This document shows, in pieces, positions 18,393 to 28,755 of a stretch of 64,000 nucleotides of DNA. Position 1 is the first letter of the stretch; each line of letters starts with the position of its first letter. The notes under the pieces were generated by a model. The model was not told the DNA's origin and searched no databases. It saw nothing but the letters and a program-made list of their open reading frames with translations. The position numbers were made by a program, and so were the translations under genes. Origin of the DNA: Truepera sp. (GTDB taxonomy: Bacteria > Deinococcota > Deinococci > Deinococcales > Trueperaceae); contig CBDCKW010000009.1 in the NCBI GenBank assembly GCA_965218435.1, forward strand, positions 1,280,001 through 1,344,000, written 5' to 3'.

Positions 18393-21300
18393 TTAGCTGA
18401 GCAGGCGCTCGAGCCCCCGAAGCGGCAAACTCACCCAGTCCGGGCGGCTGCCGAGTTCGTAACGCACTTCGTACAAAACCTTGTCGAGCTGATACGCCCA
18501 GATCACGAGGTCGCGGGTTTCGGGGTCTTGCGGCAGATAGCTGGCGGCGTCTCCGGCAGTTGACAGGTACGCCTCTAAAAAGACGGCTTCGCTCCAGCGG
18601 GTGAGCAGGTCGGTCCACACGTCGTCGGTGCTGCTCGTCTCCCCTGCGTAATTCTCCCACGAGACGAGTCCAGCGTATTCTAAAGAGCGCAGCATCCCCG
18701 CCACGTCGCGGAGCGCTTGGTCTTTTTCGCGGCGCTCACTTAGCGGGCGGGCGGGTTCGCCCTCAAAGTCGAGGATGTAGAGCTGGCTTTCGGCGCGGAT
18801 AACTTGGCCTAAATGATAGTCGCCGTGAACGCGGATTTTTTGCCAGTCGGGGGTGGTCTCGGCGAACTGCTCGAGCCGCTCCAGCCCTCTAGCTAACGCC
18901 GCCCGGTCAACGTCGTGACCTTGCGCTCTCAGCTGCGCTAGCGTCGTTTCCGCGTCGCGGCGGACACGTGCGGCAAAGCTCTGTAAGTCTTCGCCGGTTG
19001 TAGCTTCGGGCCGGAGTGCGGGCGCTTGGGCGCGGGCCAAGGCGCTGTGAAGTTCAGCCGTGCGCACACCCAAGAGGCTGGCGAGTTGCAAGCTTTCCCC
19101 GGCGGCGTCCTCGAGCCACGCCGGAACCGGGTCATTAAACCTCTCGGGATAGGCGTTTTCGGGCAGGCTCGTCTCGGCGGTGCGGCCCAGGTAGCGCCCA
19201 AATTCTTCCAAAGCGTACTCCCAGGCGTCGCTTCCTCCCTCGATAAAGCTCTGAAAGATACCGAGGGTCAAGGGTTTTTCGCCGCGCCTAAAGGTCAAGC
19301 TGCCCTGCAGCGGTGGCGAAAAGGGAAACCCGGCGTCGGTCAGGTAGCTGAGCATCTCCACTTCGGGGTTCGATTCGTCCTCCAACTTGCGGTAAAGCTT
19401 ACCGAAGACCTGATCACCCAAAATGGCTGACGAGTTACTCTGTTCGACGCCCATGACCCTGGCTTCAGTGGCGTCAGGGAGCGTGACACCTGAAGTCGGG
19501 GTGGCGTTGTAAAGACCTTGTAGGGAGCGCCCCCGCCAGTTCCGCTGCGTAGCGCGGTAAAGAGACAGCCAGAAGTCGGCGTCGGCAGTGGCGTCGTGGA
19601 GCAGCAGACGGCCCGACGGCCCGCTGAGCCACGCAACGGCGGCGCGGGGGTACGCGTCAATCAGCGCCCTGGCTTCATCGCCTTGTTTTACGGCGAGCGG
19701 CAAGAAGTAACGCTCGACGCCGCCGTCTTCAAAGTCGGCGCGAACCAAGGCTAAATAATTTTGCGGCTGTGCTTGGAGCCGCACCGCGTCTACCAGTCGT
19801 GCCTGCCGGATGGCGCGTCCTTTAGAACCGAACCAACGCTGAATCCCCAGATATTCGGGGAGGGCACGCTCGAGCCTTACCCGCGCGTCGCCTTGCACCA
19901 TCGTCTCGACGAGCAGGGTTTCTAGCCCGCCGGAAAGCCGAAAGGTCGGCAGTTTACGGTCGGGAATGTCGTCGCTCTCTTCGGGTTCACTCTCGCCGAC
20001 CGCATCACGTTTAAGCACAAACCAGTAGAACCCGTGCGGGCTCATGGTGATCGGGTAGGCTCCGGTGTCTTCGCTGTCTCCCAGCGGCGGAATCGGCGGA
20101 AACGGGGCTTGGCTAAAAAGTTCAATCGGTACGGCGTCCGTGTAGTCGTGCAGCGGCAGGTACGCCGCTTGCGCAAAACGCGACAAGTTGGCGACGACCA
20201 AAATCGTCTCGCCTTCATACTCGCGTAAAAAGGCAAACACGCGTTGATTTTCCACCGGCAAGATTTGCAGCGACCCACGCCCGAAGGTCTTGCCGTGCTG
20301 GTTGCGGAGCCGCAAAATCCGCTGCATAAAGCCGTAAAGCGAGTAGGCGCTGCGCTGCGCGTCCTCGACGTTGACAAACTGATAACCGTAAACGCCCTCA
20401 CTGATCGGCGGTAAAAAGAGCTGGTGAAACGGTGCCCGTGAAAAGCCGCCGTTACGGTCGGGGCTCCACTGCATCGGGGTACGGACGCCGTTGCGGTCCC
20501 CTAAAAAGGTATTGTCGCCCATGCCGATTTCGTCGCCGTAGTAGACAATCGGGCTGCCTTTTAGGGACAAGACAAGTGCGTTCATCAGTTCGATACGGCG
20601 GCGCTCCCCGCCTAAAAGCGGCGCTAACCGGCGGCGGATGCCTAAATTCAACCGAAACTGCCGGTCCACCGCGTACTCGTTATACATAAAGTCGCGTTCT
20701 TCATCGGTGACCATCTCTAAGGTCAACTCGTCGTGGTTGCGCAAGAATAGCGCCCACTGCGCGTCGTCGGGGATGTCTTCGGTGAGTTTAAGCATCTCGA
20801 CAATCGGCTGCCGGTTCTCGCGGCGGAGTGCCAGGTACATCCGGGGCATCAGCGGAAAGTTAAAGGCCATCTGCACGCCGTCGCCTTTGCTACTGTCGTC
20901 CGGGTCGCCACCAAAGTACGGCAGCGTATCTTCTGGCCACTGATTCGCCTCGGCGAGCAAGATACGCCCCGGCCCGTAGCGGTCTTCGATGCCTTTACGC
21001 AGGCGTTTGATGGCGTCGAGGGTCTCCGGCAGGTTTTCGCCCGACGTGCCTTCACGTTCGTACAGATACGGCACGGCGTCGAGCCTCACGCCGTCCACGC
21101 CCATATCGAGCCAGTAGAACAACACTTCGTGCAGCGCCGCCTCGACTTCAGGATTGTCCCAGTTGAGGTCGGGTTGATGGCCGAAAAAGCGGTGCCAGTA
21201 GTACGCGCCCGCCACCGGGTCCCAGGTCCAGTTCGAGTGTTCGGTATCGGTAAAGATGATACGGACGTCTTTATATTTGTCCGAGGTGTCGCTCCAGACG

Positions 21301-21746
21301 TACCAGTCGCGCTTCGCTGAGCCGGGTTGCCGCGACTCCTGAAACCACCTATGCTGGTCCGAGGTGTGGTTTAAGACCATCTCGGTTACGACGCGCATCC
21401 CACGTGCGTGCGCCTCGTCTAAAAACGCTTTGAAATCGTCTACATCGCCGTGAACGGGGAGAATCTTCCAGTAGTCGGCGATGTCGTAACCGTCGTCCCG
21501 CAGTGGCGATTCGTAGAAGGGCAGCAGCCAGAGTGTGTTGACGCCCAACTCTTCCAGGTACGGCAGTTTCTTGAGCAGACCGCGAAAGTCGCCGTAGCCG
21601 TCGTCGTTGGCATCAAAAAATGAGCGCACGTGAATCTGGTAGATGACGGCGTCTTTGTACCAAAACGGATCGTTGATAAATGATTTGCTCTCGGGAGCCG
21701 GGGTCGAAAGTGCGTCTGATTTTGTTTGCGTGGTTGTTTCGGTCAT
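18393..21746 (-). CDS. treS: Trehalose synthase fused to maltokinase (TreS-Pep2)
   Basis: WYKDAVIYQ, RLDAVPYL, LAEANQWP, FLRNHDELTLEMVT; C-terminal EQSNSS, RVHGDYHLGQV, DFEGEP. Confidence 0.95.
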   Translation of the reverse strand: MTETTTQTKSDALSTPAPESKSFINDPFWYKDAVIYQIHVRSFFDANDDGYGDFRGLLKKLPYLEELGVNTLWLLPFYESPLRDDGYDIADYWKILPVHGDVDDFKAFLDEAHARGMRVVTEMVLNHTSDQHRWFQESRQPGSAKRDWYVWSDTSDKYKDVRIIFTDTEHSNWTWDPVAGAYYWHRFFGHQPDLNWDNPEVEAALHEVLFYWLDMGVDGVRLDAVPYLYEREGTSGENLPETLDAIKRLRKGIEDRYGPGRILLAEANQWPEDTLPYFGGDPDDSSKGDGVQMAFNFPLMPRMYLALRRENRQPIVEMLKLTEDIPDDAQWALFLRNHDELTLEMVTDEERDFMYNEYAVDRQFRLNLGIRRRLAPLLGGERRRIELMNALVLSLKGSPIVYYGDEIGMGDNTFLGDRNGVRTPMQWSPDRNGGFSRAPFHQLFLPPISEGVYGYQFVNVEDAQRSAYSLYGFMQRILRLRNQHGKTFGRGSLQILPVENQRVFAFLREYEGETILVVANLSRFAQAAYLPLHDYTDAVPIELFSQAPFPPIPPLGDSEDTGAYPITMSPHGFYWFVLKRDAVGESEPEESDDIPDRKLPTFRLSGGLETLLVETMVQGDARVRLERALPEYLGIQRWFGSKGRAIRQARLVDAVRLQAQPQNYLALVRADFEDGGVERYFLPLAVKQGDEARALIDAYPRAAVAWLSGPSGRLLLHDATADADFWLSLYRATQRNWRGRSLQGLYNATPTSGVTLPDATEARVMGVEQSNSSAILGDQVFGKLYRKLEDESNPEVEMLSYLTDAGFPFSPPLQGSLTFRRGEKPLTLGIFQSFIEGGSDAWEYALEEFGRYLGRTAETSLPENAYPERFNDPVPAWLEDAAGESLQLASLLGVRTAELHSALARAQAPALRPEATTGEDLQSFAARVRRDAETTLAQLRAQGHDVDRAALARGLERLEQFAETTPDWQKIRVHGDYHLGQVIRAESQLYILDFEGEPARPLSERREKDQALRDVAGMLRSLEYAGLVSWENYAGETSSTDDVWTDLLTRWSEAVFLEAYLSTAGDAASYLPQDPETRDLVIWAYQLDKVLYEVRYELGSRPDWVSLPLRGLERLLS

Positions 21747-21755
21747 ACAGTTCCT

Positions 21756-23726
21756 CTAGCTGGCGCGTTGCCGTGCGGCGTGCGCTGTGCTGCGCCCCGA
21801 CAGGCGAAAGATATGGGCGGGAAAACGGTCGGGGCTCAGCTCGACGTAGTTACGCGGCCCGTTCCAGGTGTAGTATTCGCCGCTGAGCAAATCTTCGGCG
21901 ATGAACGGTTCGTTTTGCGGAAGCCCTAAAGTGTCTAAATCCAGGTTGGTAAAGCCGGACTGGGTATGGTCCGGGTCAAAGTTGACGATCATCAAGAGTT
22001 TGTTGTCGCCGTCGCGTTTTGAATAGGCTAAAAGTTGGTCGTTATCGACGCCGTGAAAGCGCAAGCTGCGGTTGTTGCGTAGGGCGGGGTTCTCGAGCCT
22101 CACCCGGTTCACTTGCGTCACGAGCGGTTTGAGCGACGCCGGGTCATCTAAGTTCCAGTTTTTTAGCTCGTACTTCTCGTTATTTTTGTTCTCTTCCCGC
22201 AGCTCGTGCGGCACATTGTCCATCAGCTCAAACGCGGGGCCGTAAATCCCATACGACGCGGCCATCGTCGCGGCCATCACCAACCGGACCTGATACGTGG
22301 GTTTGCTCCGCAAATACGGCGGCAAGATGTCGTGCGTGTTCGGCCAGAAGTTAGGGCGGAAAAACTCGGCGACTTCGGTTTGGTCCAACTCGGTCAGGTA
22401 CTCGGTAAAGTCATCTTTGCTGTAACGCCAAGTAAAGTAGGTGTAAGACTGTGAAAACCCGAGTTTAGCGAGGGCGTACATCAGTTTGGGGCGGGTAAAC
22501 GCTTCGGACAACAGCACGATGTCGGGGAACTCTTCGCGGAGCGAGGCGATACACCAACCCCAAAACGGCAACGCTTTGGTGTGCGGGTTGTCTACCCGAA
22601 ACACGCGGACGCCCTTCCGTGCCCAGAACGCAAACACCTCGCGGAGCGCCTCCCATAAGTTTTGCCAGTCGTCGCTTTCAAAGTCGAGCGGGTAGATGTC
22701 CTGATACTTTTTCGGTGGGTTTTCGGCGTAGCGGATGGAACCATCCGAACGCTGCTTAAACCAGTTGGGGTGCTCTTTGACCCACGGATGGTCAGGCGAG
22801 CAGTTGAGCGCGACGTCTAAGGCGACCTCGAGCCCCTTGGTTTTCGCCGCCTTCATAAACCGCTCGAACGCAGGCATTCCGCCGAGGTCGGGATGAACAC
22901 TCATGAGTCCGCCCGCTTCGCTACCAATCGCGTACGGGCTACCGGGTTCACCCTCCTGCGCGGTCGGCGCGTTGTCTTTGCCTTTACGAAAACTCGTGCC
23001 GATCGGGTGAATCGGCGTCAGATAGGCGATGTCAAAGCCCATCTCTTTGATGTAATCCAGATGCTCAGCCGCGTCGTCAAGCGTGCCGTGCGCCCCGTCT
23101 TTGCCGAGCGAACGCGGAAAAAACGAGTACCACGACGAAAACTGCGCGAGCGGGCGTTCGACCAAGACCTCTAAAGGTTTGCTCTCAGCGGTGCGTTCAC
23201 GGGGGTCGTAGGTCTGTGCGAGTTCTGCGACGGATTCCTCCAACGCAGCTTCGGCTTCTCCTGCCTCAAAGCGTTTGATATAACCTTGCAGCGCCTTTTT
23301 GTCGGCACCTTTGGCTTTCGCTGCAGCTTTTTTGAGGTGACCGGCTCCCTCTAAAAGTTCGCTCCTAAGCTCAGCCTCGCCGCTCCCGGTTTCAACCCGG
23401 CGGGCAAACACGTCGCGCCAGCTCGTAAACGTGTCTACCCACGCGCGTACCGAGTAGTGCCAGATACCCACCGCGTCCACCCTAAAGGTACCCTCATAGA
23501 GGTCGTTGCCGAGAAAGTCTAAACGTGTACTCTTCGGTTTCTCTCCGGCAAGGCCGTATAAGAGTTCGGCGGCGACGGCGTCGTGACCGTCGGCGACGAT
23601 ATCGGCGGAGACCGTCACGCTGTCGCCGGTTATGCGTTTGCTGGAAAAGCGGCCTTCGTCTACGGTGGGGCGGACGGTTAGGACCATCACCCGTGACCAG
23701 GTTTTGGGTAAATTCGGTGACTCCAT
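21756..23726 (-). CDS. glgE: Alpha-1,4-glucan:maltose-1-phosphate maltosyltransferase
   Basis: FFPRS, YAENPPKKYQDIYP, FRVDNPHTK, SEAFTRP, PNFWPNTHDIL. Confidence 0.95.
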   Translation of the reverse strand: MESPNLPKTWSRVMVLTVRPTVDEGRFSSKRITGDSVTVSADIVADGHDAVAAELLYGLAGEKPKSTRLDFLGNDLYEGTFRVDAVGIWHYSVRAWVDTFTSWRDVFARRVETGSGEAELRSELLEGAGHLKKAAAKAKGADKKALQGYIKRFEAGEAEAALEESVAELAQTYDPRERTAESKPLEVLVERPLAQFSSWYSFFPRSLGKDGAHGTLDDAAEHLDYIKEMGFDIAYLTPIHPIGTSFRKGKDNAPTAQEGEPGSPYAIGSEAGGLMSVHPDLGGMPAFERFMKAAKTKGLEVALDVALNCSPDHPWVKEHPNWFKQRSDGSIRYAENPPKKYQDIYPLDFESDDWQNLWEALREVFAFWARKGVRVFRVDNPHTKALPFWGWCIASLREEFPDIVLLSEAFTRPKLMYALAKLGFSQSYTYFTWRYSKDDFTEYLTELDQTEVAEFFRPNFWPNTHDILPPYLRSKPTYQVRLVMAATMAASYGIYGPAFELMDNVPHELREENKNNEKYELKNWNLDDPASLKPLVTQVNRVRLENPALRNNRSLRFHGVDNDQLLAYSKRDGDNKLLMIVNFDPDHTQSGFTNLDLDTLGLPQNEPFIAEDLLSGEYYTWNGPRNYVELSPDRFPAHIFRLSGRSTAHAARQRAS

Positions 23727-24159
23727 AGGGTTTACTATACCTGTCGGTTGCGCCTGTGAAAGCGCAACGTGCGCGTAGAAGTTGCGTCAACCTCGAGCAG
23801 TCAACTCCAGGCTCTCTACTTTGGAAGTTTCGGCGTCTGTAATTTTTCAACACGGCCTTTTCAGATGAAATGTTAAGGTTTAAGCCCGGTTTTGACGGTG
23901 TGTGCGTACTACTTCGGTCAAAGGGGCATCGCCCTAAAACAGCAACGAGGGCAGCTTCTGCGCTCGAGGAGACCCGACTTTGTCTGTCTCACAGTTGTGA
24001 CAAGGGAAACTGTTTTATGGCCGCCTCCAGAAACCTGCTTGATCGAGCCCCAGGGGGTGCGTGCTATTCTCATACACGTTTAGCCGTAGGGTCTAGTCAC
24101 TACTGAGACCCAAACGGTAGCCTGGCTGTATGACACTTGACCCGTCTGGAGAGGACGAC

Positions 24160-27100
24160 ATGGACACATTTTATTTTAAGGGGGCGCGGGCTACACCTGA
24201 ACTGCCGCTAAGCGCCTCGGCAAAAACGCGTTACAGTTTTTCTGAAAAGACTTTAGGGGCACAGGGTGCGCTACAGATCGAGACGTTTGCGGTTGCGCAG
24301 ACCTTGAGTCAGACCATCAACGAGGTGCGGGACGCGCGGCGTTTTCCGGAGTCGGTAGTCCGCGCCGGTGAACTCTACGCGGCGGCGCTCGTGCAAGAGA
24401 TGCTCCGGTTGATCGTTGCAGACTACCTCACCTCAAGGCCAGACGCGCTCGCGCGTGCGACGGCGCAGCTCGAGTCCCAACTCGGACGCCGTGAGCTCGA
24501 CAAGGCGCTGGCGCAGTATCTTGGGTTGTTTCCACCCAAAATCGTCTCTGACGGTGAGGTTACTCCCGACGTTTACCTGACCGGTGAACAAGAGGGCGTG
24601 TCAAATCGGCAGATTGCCGTTGAAAGCCTGATGCTGCTCTATCTGGCGAACCTCAACCCGGCGTTGGGCCGGTTCCGCGACCTGTTTGACGACACGCCCT
24701 TAGCCGAAACGCGCTACCCGGAAGTGGTGACGGGACTCGAGACCTTTTTTGCCGGTGAACCCGACGCCGGAACCGGGCAAAAACTTTTCGACCTCCTCCG
24801 TGCACCTATGGACGGAGCGCCGACCTCGTTAGAAGGTCAGCTCGGCGGTCTCCGCGAACGCCTCAGCACCTTGGGTCTGAGTGTTGGCGGGATAGAGGCG
24901 CTGTTCCGGGACGCGCTCCGCGCGGGTGATACGCTCCGCGAAGAGCAGAAGGTCAGCTTCGGCGGCGGCCCCGGCCCCACCGAGATTATTGATCCGGTTG
25001 CGGCGAGTCAGGCCAGAAGGGGCGGCGCAGCTGGTTTCGTCCCGGACGAATACGAAGCCTTTTCACAAGATTCGTCGTGGATGCCGCGCGTGGTCATGCT
25101 CGCCAAAAGCACCTTCGTCTGGCTTGGGCAACTTTCCAAACAGTACGGCCGCGACATTTCCCGCTTAGACGAAATCCCCGACGAAGAACTCGACGAACTC
25201 GCCCGCCGCGGCTTTACCGGTTTGTGGCTCATCGGCCTCTGGGAGCGTTCCAAAGCCTCGAAAACGATCAAAAACCTGCGCGGTAACCCGGACGCGGTGG
25301 CGTCGGCGTACTCGCTCTATGATTACGTGATTGCACACGACTTAGGCGGCTCTGAAGCGTTTGAAAATCTTAAAGCGAGGGCGTGGCAACGCGGCATCCG
25401 GGTAGCTTCAGATATGGTTCCCAACCACTTTGGGATTGACGGTCGCTGGGTCGTCGAGCACCCCGAGTGGTTTTTACAATTAGACACGTCGCCCTATCCG
25501 AGCTATACCTTTAACGGCCCTGACTTATCGCAGGACGGGCGGGTAGGCATCTTTTTGGAAGACCATTACTACGATTCGTCGGACGCGGCGGTGGTCTTTA
25601 AGCGCCAAGACAAAGCGAGCGGCGACACTAAATATATCTATCACGGCAACGACGGCACCACGATTCCGTGGAACGACACCGCGCAGATTGACTACTTAAA
25701 CGCTGAGGCGCGTGAGGCGGTCATTCAAACCATTTTGCACGTCGCGCGGCTGTCACCCATTATCCGCTTCGACGCGGCGATGGTGTTGGCGAAACAACAT
25801 ATCCAGCGGCTCTGGTACCCGGAACCCGGTTCAGGTGGCGCGATTGCCTCACGCGCTCAGTACGGCAGCATGAGTACCGAGGACTTTGAAAAGGCCATCC
25901 CGCAAGAGTTTTGGCGTGAGGTTGTAGATAGGGTTGCCGAAGAGGTCCCGGACACCTTGCTCCTCGCTGAAGCCTTCTGGATGATGGAAGGCTACTTCGT
26001 CCGCACGCTCGGGATGCACCGCGTCTACAACAGTGCCTTTATGCACATGTTCAAAAATGAAGACAACGCGCAGTACCGCCGGAGCATCAAAAACGTCTTG
26101 GAGTTTGAACCCGAAATCTTAAAACGCTTCGTCAACTTCATGAGCAACCCCGACGAAGAGACCGCCGTGGCGCAGTTCGGCAAAGATGATAAATACTTCG
26201 GCGTCGCGGTGATGATGGCGACGATGCCGGGGTTGCCGATGTTCGGGCACGGGCAGGTCGAAGGCTACGCGGAAAAGTACGGGATGGAATACCGCCGCGC
26301 CAAGTTGGACGAAACGCCGGACACGTGGCTGATAGACCGCCACCACCGCGAGGTCTTTCCGCTTCTCCACCGCCGCTATCAATTTGCTGAAGTCGAAAAC
26401 TTTCAGCTCTACGATATGCATACCAGTCACGGGATTGACGAAGACGTCTACGCCTACTCGAATTTGGTAGACGGACAGGCGTCTTTGGTGACCTTTAACA
26501 ACAACTTTGGCCACGCGAGCGGTTGGATTCGTGAGGCGACGCCGCAAGCAGGGAAGGCGCAGCGGACGCTGCTTCAAGGACTCGGCCTACGGGCTGGCGA
26601 ACGCGATTTTGTCCGGTTCCGTGAACAGGTCTCGGGGTTGTGGTTTATCCGCCGGAGCCGTGACTTGGAGGGTGGTTTGGCCCTTTCGCTCGACGCGTAC
26701 AAATATCAGGCGTTTGTTGACTTTGACGAGGTGACCGACACCGACGGGCACTTTGAGCGGCTTCACGACGCGTTAGCCGGGCGCGGGGTCTATGACCTCG
26801 AGGCTGAACTCTCCGGGTCACAGCTAGAGCCCGTCCATCAAGCGTTTTCGCAAGTGCTCAGTGCCGACGTGATTCGCACACTCCGTAGTGAGCGCGGCGA
26901 GGGACGGTTGCGGTCGTTGGAACGCGATTTACCTACGAGGCTCACTGAACTTGTCCGCGTTGCCGGGGGACAGGTTGATAAACTCAATCTTACGGACGCT
27001 GAAACCGGTTCTGAACCTCGAGCCGATACATCTTCCTTTACAAATGCAGATGACGCTCAAGCAGGTAAAGCTGAGACAACCCAAACGGATAGCTCTGAAA

Positions 27101-27978
27101 AAACGGCTGAAAAAACGACTTTTGCAACGCAGCTGGCGCGGCTGATCGCTTTGCCGTCGCTCGAGTTCGCCCCGGACAGCGCCTACCGTGCGCCCATCGA
27201 AGAAGAACTTTCAGCCAAGCTAACCGACGAGGGGAGCGGGACGCTCTACGTTGCGCTGGTGCTGAGCACACTTGCACAAGCTGACGTGGACACTGAAAAT
27301 TTGCAGCTCGAGGTGTTTGTTCACGAAACCTTTGTCGGGGCCGGTCTCCCGGACGCTGAACGCGCCCGTTTACTCGTCCGGTTGTTGCGGCGTTATGGTC
27401 CTGTCTATTCAGAAGGTGCTGAGGCGCTGCTAGGGCGTCTCAAAACTGATGAAGACGCCAAACGCTTCGTTCGCTACGACGCTGAAACCGACGGCTTTAG
27501 CGAGTCGGCCTACCGCGAGGCCACGGTGCGCCCGCTCGCCTACGCGCTCCTCAGTGCCGATGCGGGCAAACTCGAGCCCCTAGCTGCAACCATGAATGAG
27601 CTAAGCCGGGCCGAAGAGCAGGCAGAGGGAAAATGGGCGGCGCTGGCGGTGCCGCAGCCCAAAGCCGCTGAAAAAGCCTCTGAACCCAAAGCTGATACTG
27701 AGGTCGGTACGTCTGAACAACCTGAGACGGACTCCGCGCAAGCTAAAGATGACGCGGTGACTCCGGCTAAAATCGCTGAACCTGCGTCAGCCGGTTCTAA
27801 AACTGACTCAGAGTCCAAAACGTCTACTGCGACCAAGACCGCTGATTCCAAGACTGTGGCTTCTAAAAGTACGGCTACAAAACCCGCGACCAAGAAAGGT
27901 ACCGCCACGAGGACTACCAGGTCTAAAAAAGCTAAACCAAGCAGGTCAAAACGGAAAAAAACGCCGAAGAAGAGTTGA
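24160..27978 (+). CDS. Large GH13 alpha-amylase-family protein with basic low-complexity C-terminal tail
   Basis: SDMVPNH, IRFDAAM, LLAEAFW, FMSNPDEE; RBS GGAGG before ATG 24160. Confidence 0.85.
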   Translation: MDTFYFKGARATPELPLSASAKTRYSFSEKTLGAQGALQIETFAVAQTLSQTINEVRDARRFPESVVRAGELYAAALVQEMLRLIVADYLTSRPDALARATAQLESQLGRRELDKALAQYLGLFPPKIVSDGEVTPDVYLTGEQEGVSNRQIAVESLMLLYLANLNPALGRFRDLFDDTPLAETRYPEVVTGLETFFAGEPDAGTGQKLFDLLRAPMDGAPTSLEGQLGGLRERLSTLGLSVGGIEALFRDALRAGDTLREEQKVSFGGGPGPTEIIDPVAASQARRGGAAGFVPDEYEAFSQDSSWMPRVVMLAKSTFVWLGQLSKQYGRDISRLDEIPDEELDELARRGFTGLWLIGLWERSKASKTIKNLRGNPDAVASAYSLYDYVIAHDLGGSEAFENLKARAWQRGIRVASDMVPNHFGIDGRWVVEHPEWFLQLDTSPYPSYTFNGPDLSQDGRVGIFLEDHYYDSSDAAVVFKRQDKASGDTKYIYHGNDGTTIPWNDTAQIDYLNAEAREAVIQTILHVARLSPIIRFDAAMVLAKQHIQRLWYPEPGSGGAIASRAQYGSMSTEDFEKAIPQEFWREVVDRVAEEVPDTLLLAEAFWMMEGYFVRTLGMHRVYNSAFMHMFKNEDNAQYRRSIKNVLEFEPEILKRFVNFMSNPDEETAVAQFGKDDKYFGVAVMMATMPGLPMFGHGQVEGYAEKYGMEYRRAKLDETPDTWLIDRHHREVFPLLHRRYQFAEVENFQLYDMHTSHGIDEDVYAYSNLVDGQASLVTFNNNFGHASGWIREATPQAGKAQRTLLQGLGLRAGERDFVRFREQVSGLWFIRRSRDLEGGLALSLDAYKYQAFVDFDEVTDTDGHFERLHDALAGRGVYDLEAELSGSQLEPVHQAFSQVLSADVIRTLRSERGEGRLRSLERDLPTRLTELVRVAGGQVDKLNLTDAETGSEPRADTSSFTNADDAQAGKAETTQTDSSEKTAEKTTFATQLARLIALPSLEFAPDSAYRAPIEEELSAKLTDEGSGTLYVALVLSTLAQADVDTENLQLEVFVHETFVGAGLPDAERARLLVRLLRRYGPVYSEGAEALLGRLKTDEDAKRFVRYDAETDGFSESAYREATVRPLAYALLSADAGKLEPLAATMNELSRAEEQAEGKWAALAVPQPKAAEKASEPKADTEVGTSEQPETDSAQAKDDAVTPAKIAEPASAGSKTDSESKTSTATKTADSKTVASKSTATKPATKKGTATRTTRSKKAKPSRSKRKKTPKKS

Positions 27979-27995
27979 GCAGAGTTGGGGATGTG

Positions 27996-28021
27996 GGAGG
28001 GCGGCTCGAGTCGCCTTCTTT
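27996..28021. terminator. Hairpin between convergent GH13 and ruvC
   Basis: GGAGGGCGGC-tcga-GTCGCCTTCT-tt. Confidence 0.55.
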
Positions 28022-28029
28022 AGTTCTCG

Positions 28030-28542
28030 TCAGCGTAACGCCTGCAACTGCCGCGCATTCAGATGTGTCAGCGCGAGCGCGAGCGCGTCAGCGACGTGGT
28101 GACTTTCGGGTGTTTCTTTCAGCGAGAGCATCGCCCGCACCATATACGAAACTTGCGCCTTGCTCGCCCGACCCGACCCGACGAGCGCCTGTTTGACCTG
28201 CATCGGGCCGTATTCGACGACGGTGACGCCCTGCTGTTTGGCCGCTAAAAGGCACACGCCGAACGCCTGACCGACCTTAAACGACACCTCGCGTTGGCGG
28301 TGAAAATACTGTCCTTCGACGGCTAACATATCGGGCCGGTACGCCCTCAAAAAGTCCGACACGGCGGTGTAGAGGGTCTCGAGCCGCTCTGCTTGCGTCT
28401 GTGCGGGTGTGGTGCGGACGAGCTGAGCGCCCAAACAGGTCACGTCGCGCCCGATTTCACGAATGGCTCCCAACCCCAAGTTGGCTAAACCGGGGTCGAG
28501 CCCGACGACAACGAGTGGATTAGCAGGTTTGGCTTGCTTCAT
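28030..28542 (-). CDS. ruvC: Holliday junction resolvase
   Basis: GLDPG, AVEGQY, YGPMQVKQALVGSGRASKAQV, ADALALALTH. Confidence 0.95.
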   Translation of the reverse strand: MKQAKPANPLVVVGLDPGLANLGLGAIREIGRDVTCLGAQLVRTTPAQTQAERLETLYTAVSDFLRAYRPDMLAVEGQYFHRQREVSFKVGQAFGVCLLAAKQQGVTVVEYGPMQVKQALVGSGRASKAQVSYMVRAMLSLKETPESHHVADALALALTHLNARQLQALR

Positions 28543-28570
28543 AAGTTCACCACAACAGTTCACCATACCG

Positions 28571-28599
28571 AAAAAAGGCCCCGTTAGCGTAGGGGCCTT
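28571..28599 (-). terminator. Rho-independent terminator downstream of glnA
   Basis: AAGGCCCC...GGGGCCTT stem with T-run on the minus strand. Confidence 0.75.
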
Positions 28600-28674
28600 G
28601 AGCTGGGTAAGACGACTTTGACATTAGCTTTTCGCGCTCTGGGCACACAAGAGAAGCTTTTTTCTTTTGCGTAC

Positions 28675-28709
28675 TACTGACTTCTCAATTCTGTATTCTG
28701 ACTTCTTCC
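28675..28709. repeat. Degenerate heptamer tandem repeat (x5)
   Basis: TACTGAC TTCTCAA TTCTGTA TTCTGAC TTCTTCC. Confidence 0.6.
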
Positions 28710-28755
28710 ACGTAGCACGTCGCAAACGCTGCGGGCTGATTTCGGGCTGCAGAGC

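Noticed and set aside
19360..19385. tRNA T-arm-like GGTTCGATTC
   Set aside because: Inside treS coding sequence; no cloverleaf
23755..23772. LacI-type operator (TGAAAGCG) at the glgE promoter
   Set aside because: Only one half-site matches; no LacI regulator in window
28543..28755. RDRM (DdrO) box upstream of ruvC
   Set aside because: No adequate match to the 17-bp TTATG..CGTAA-type palindrome by eye
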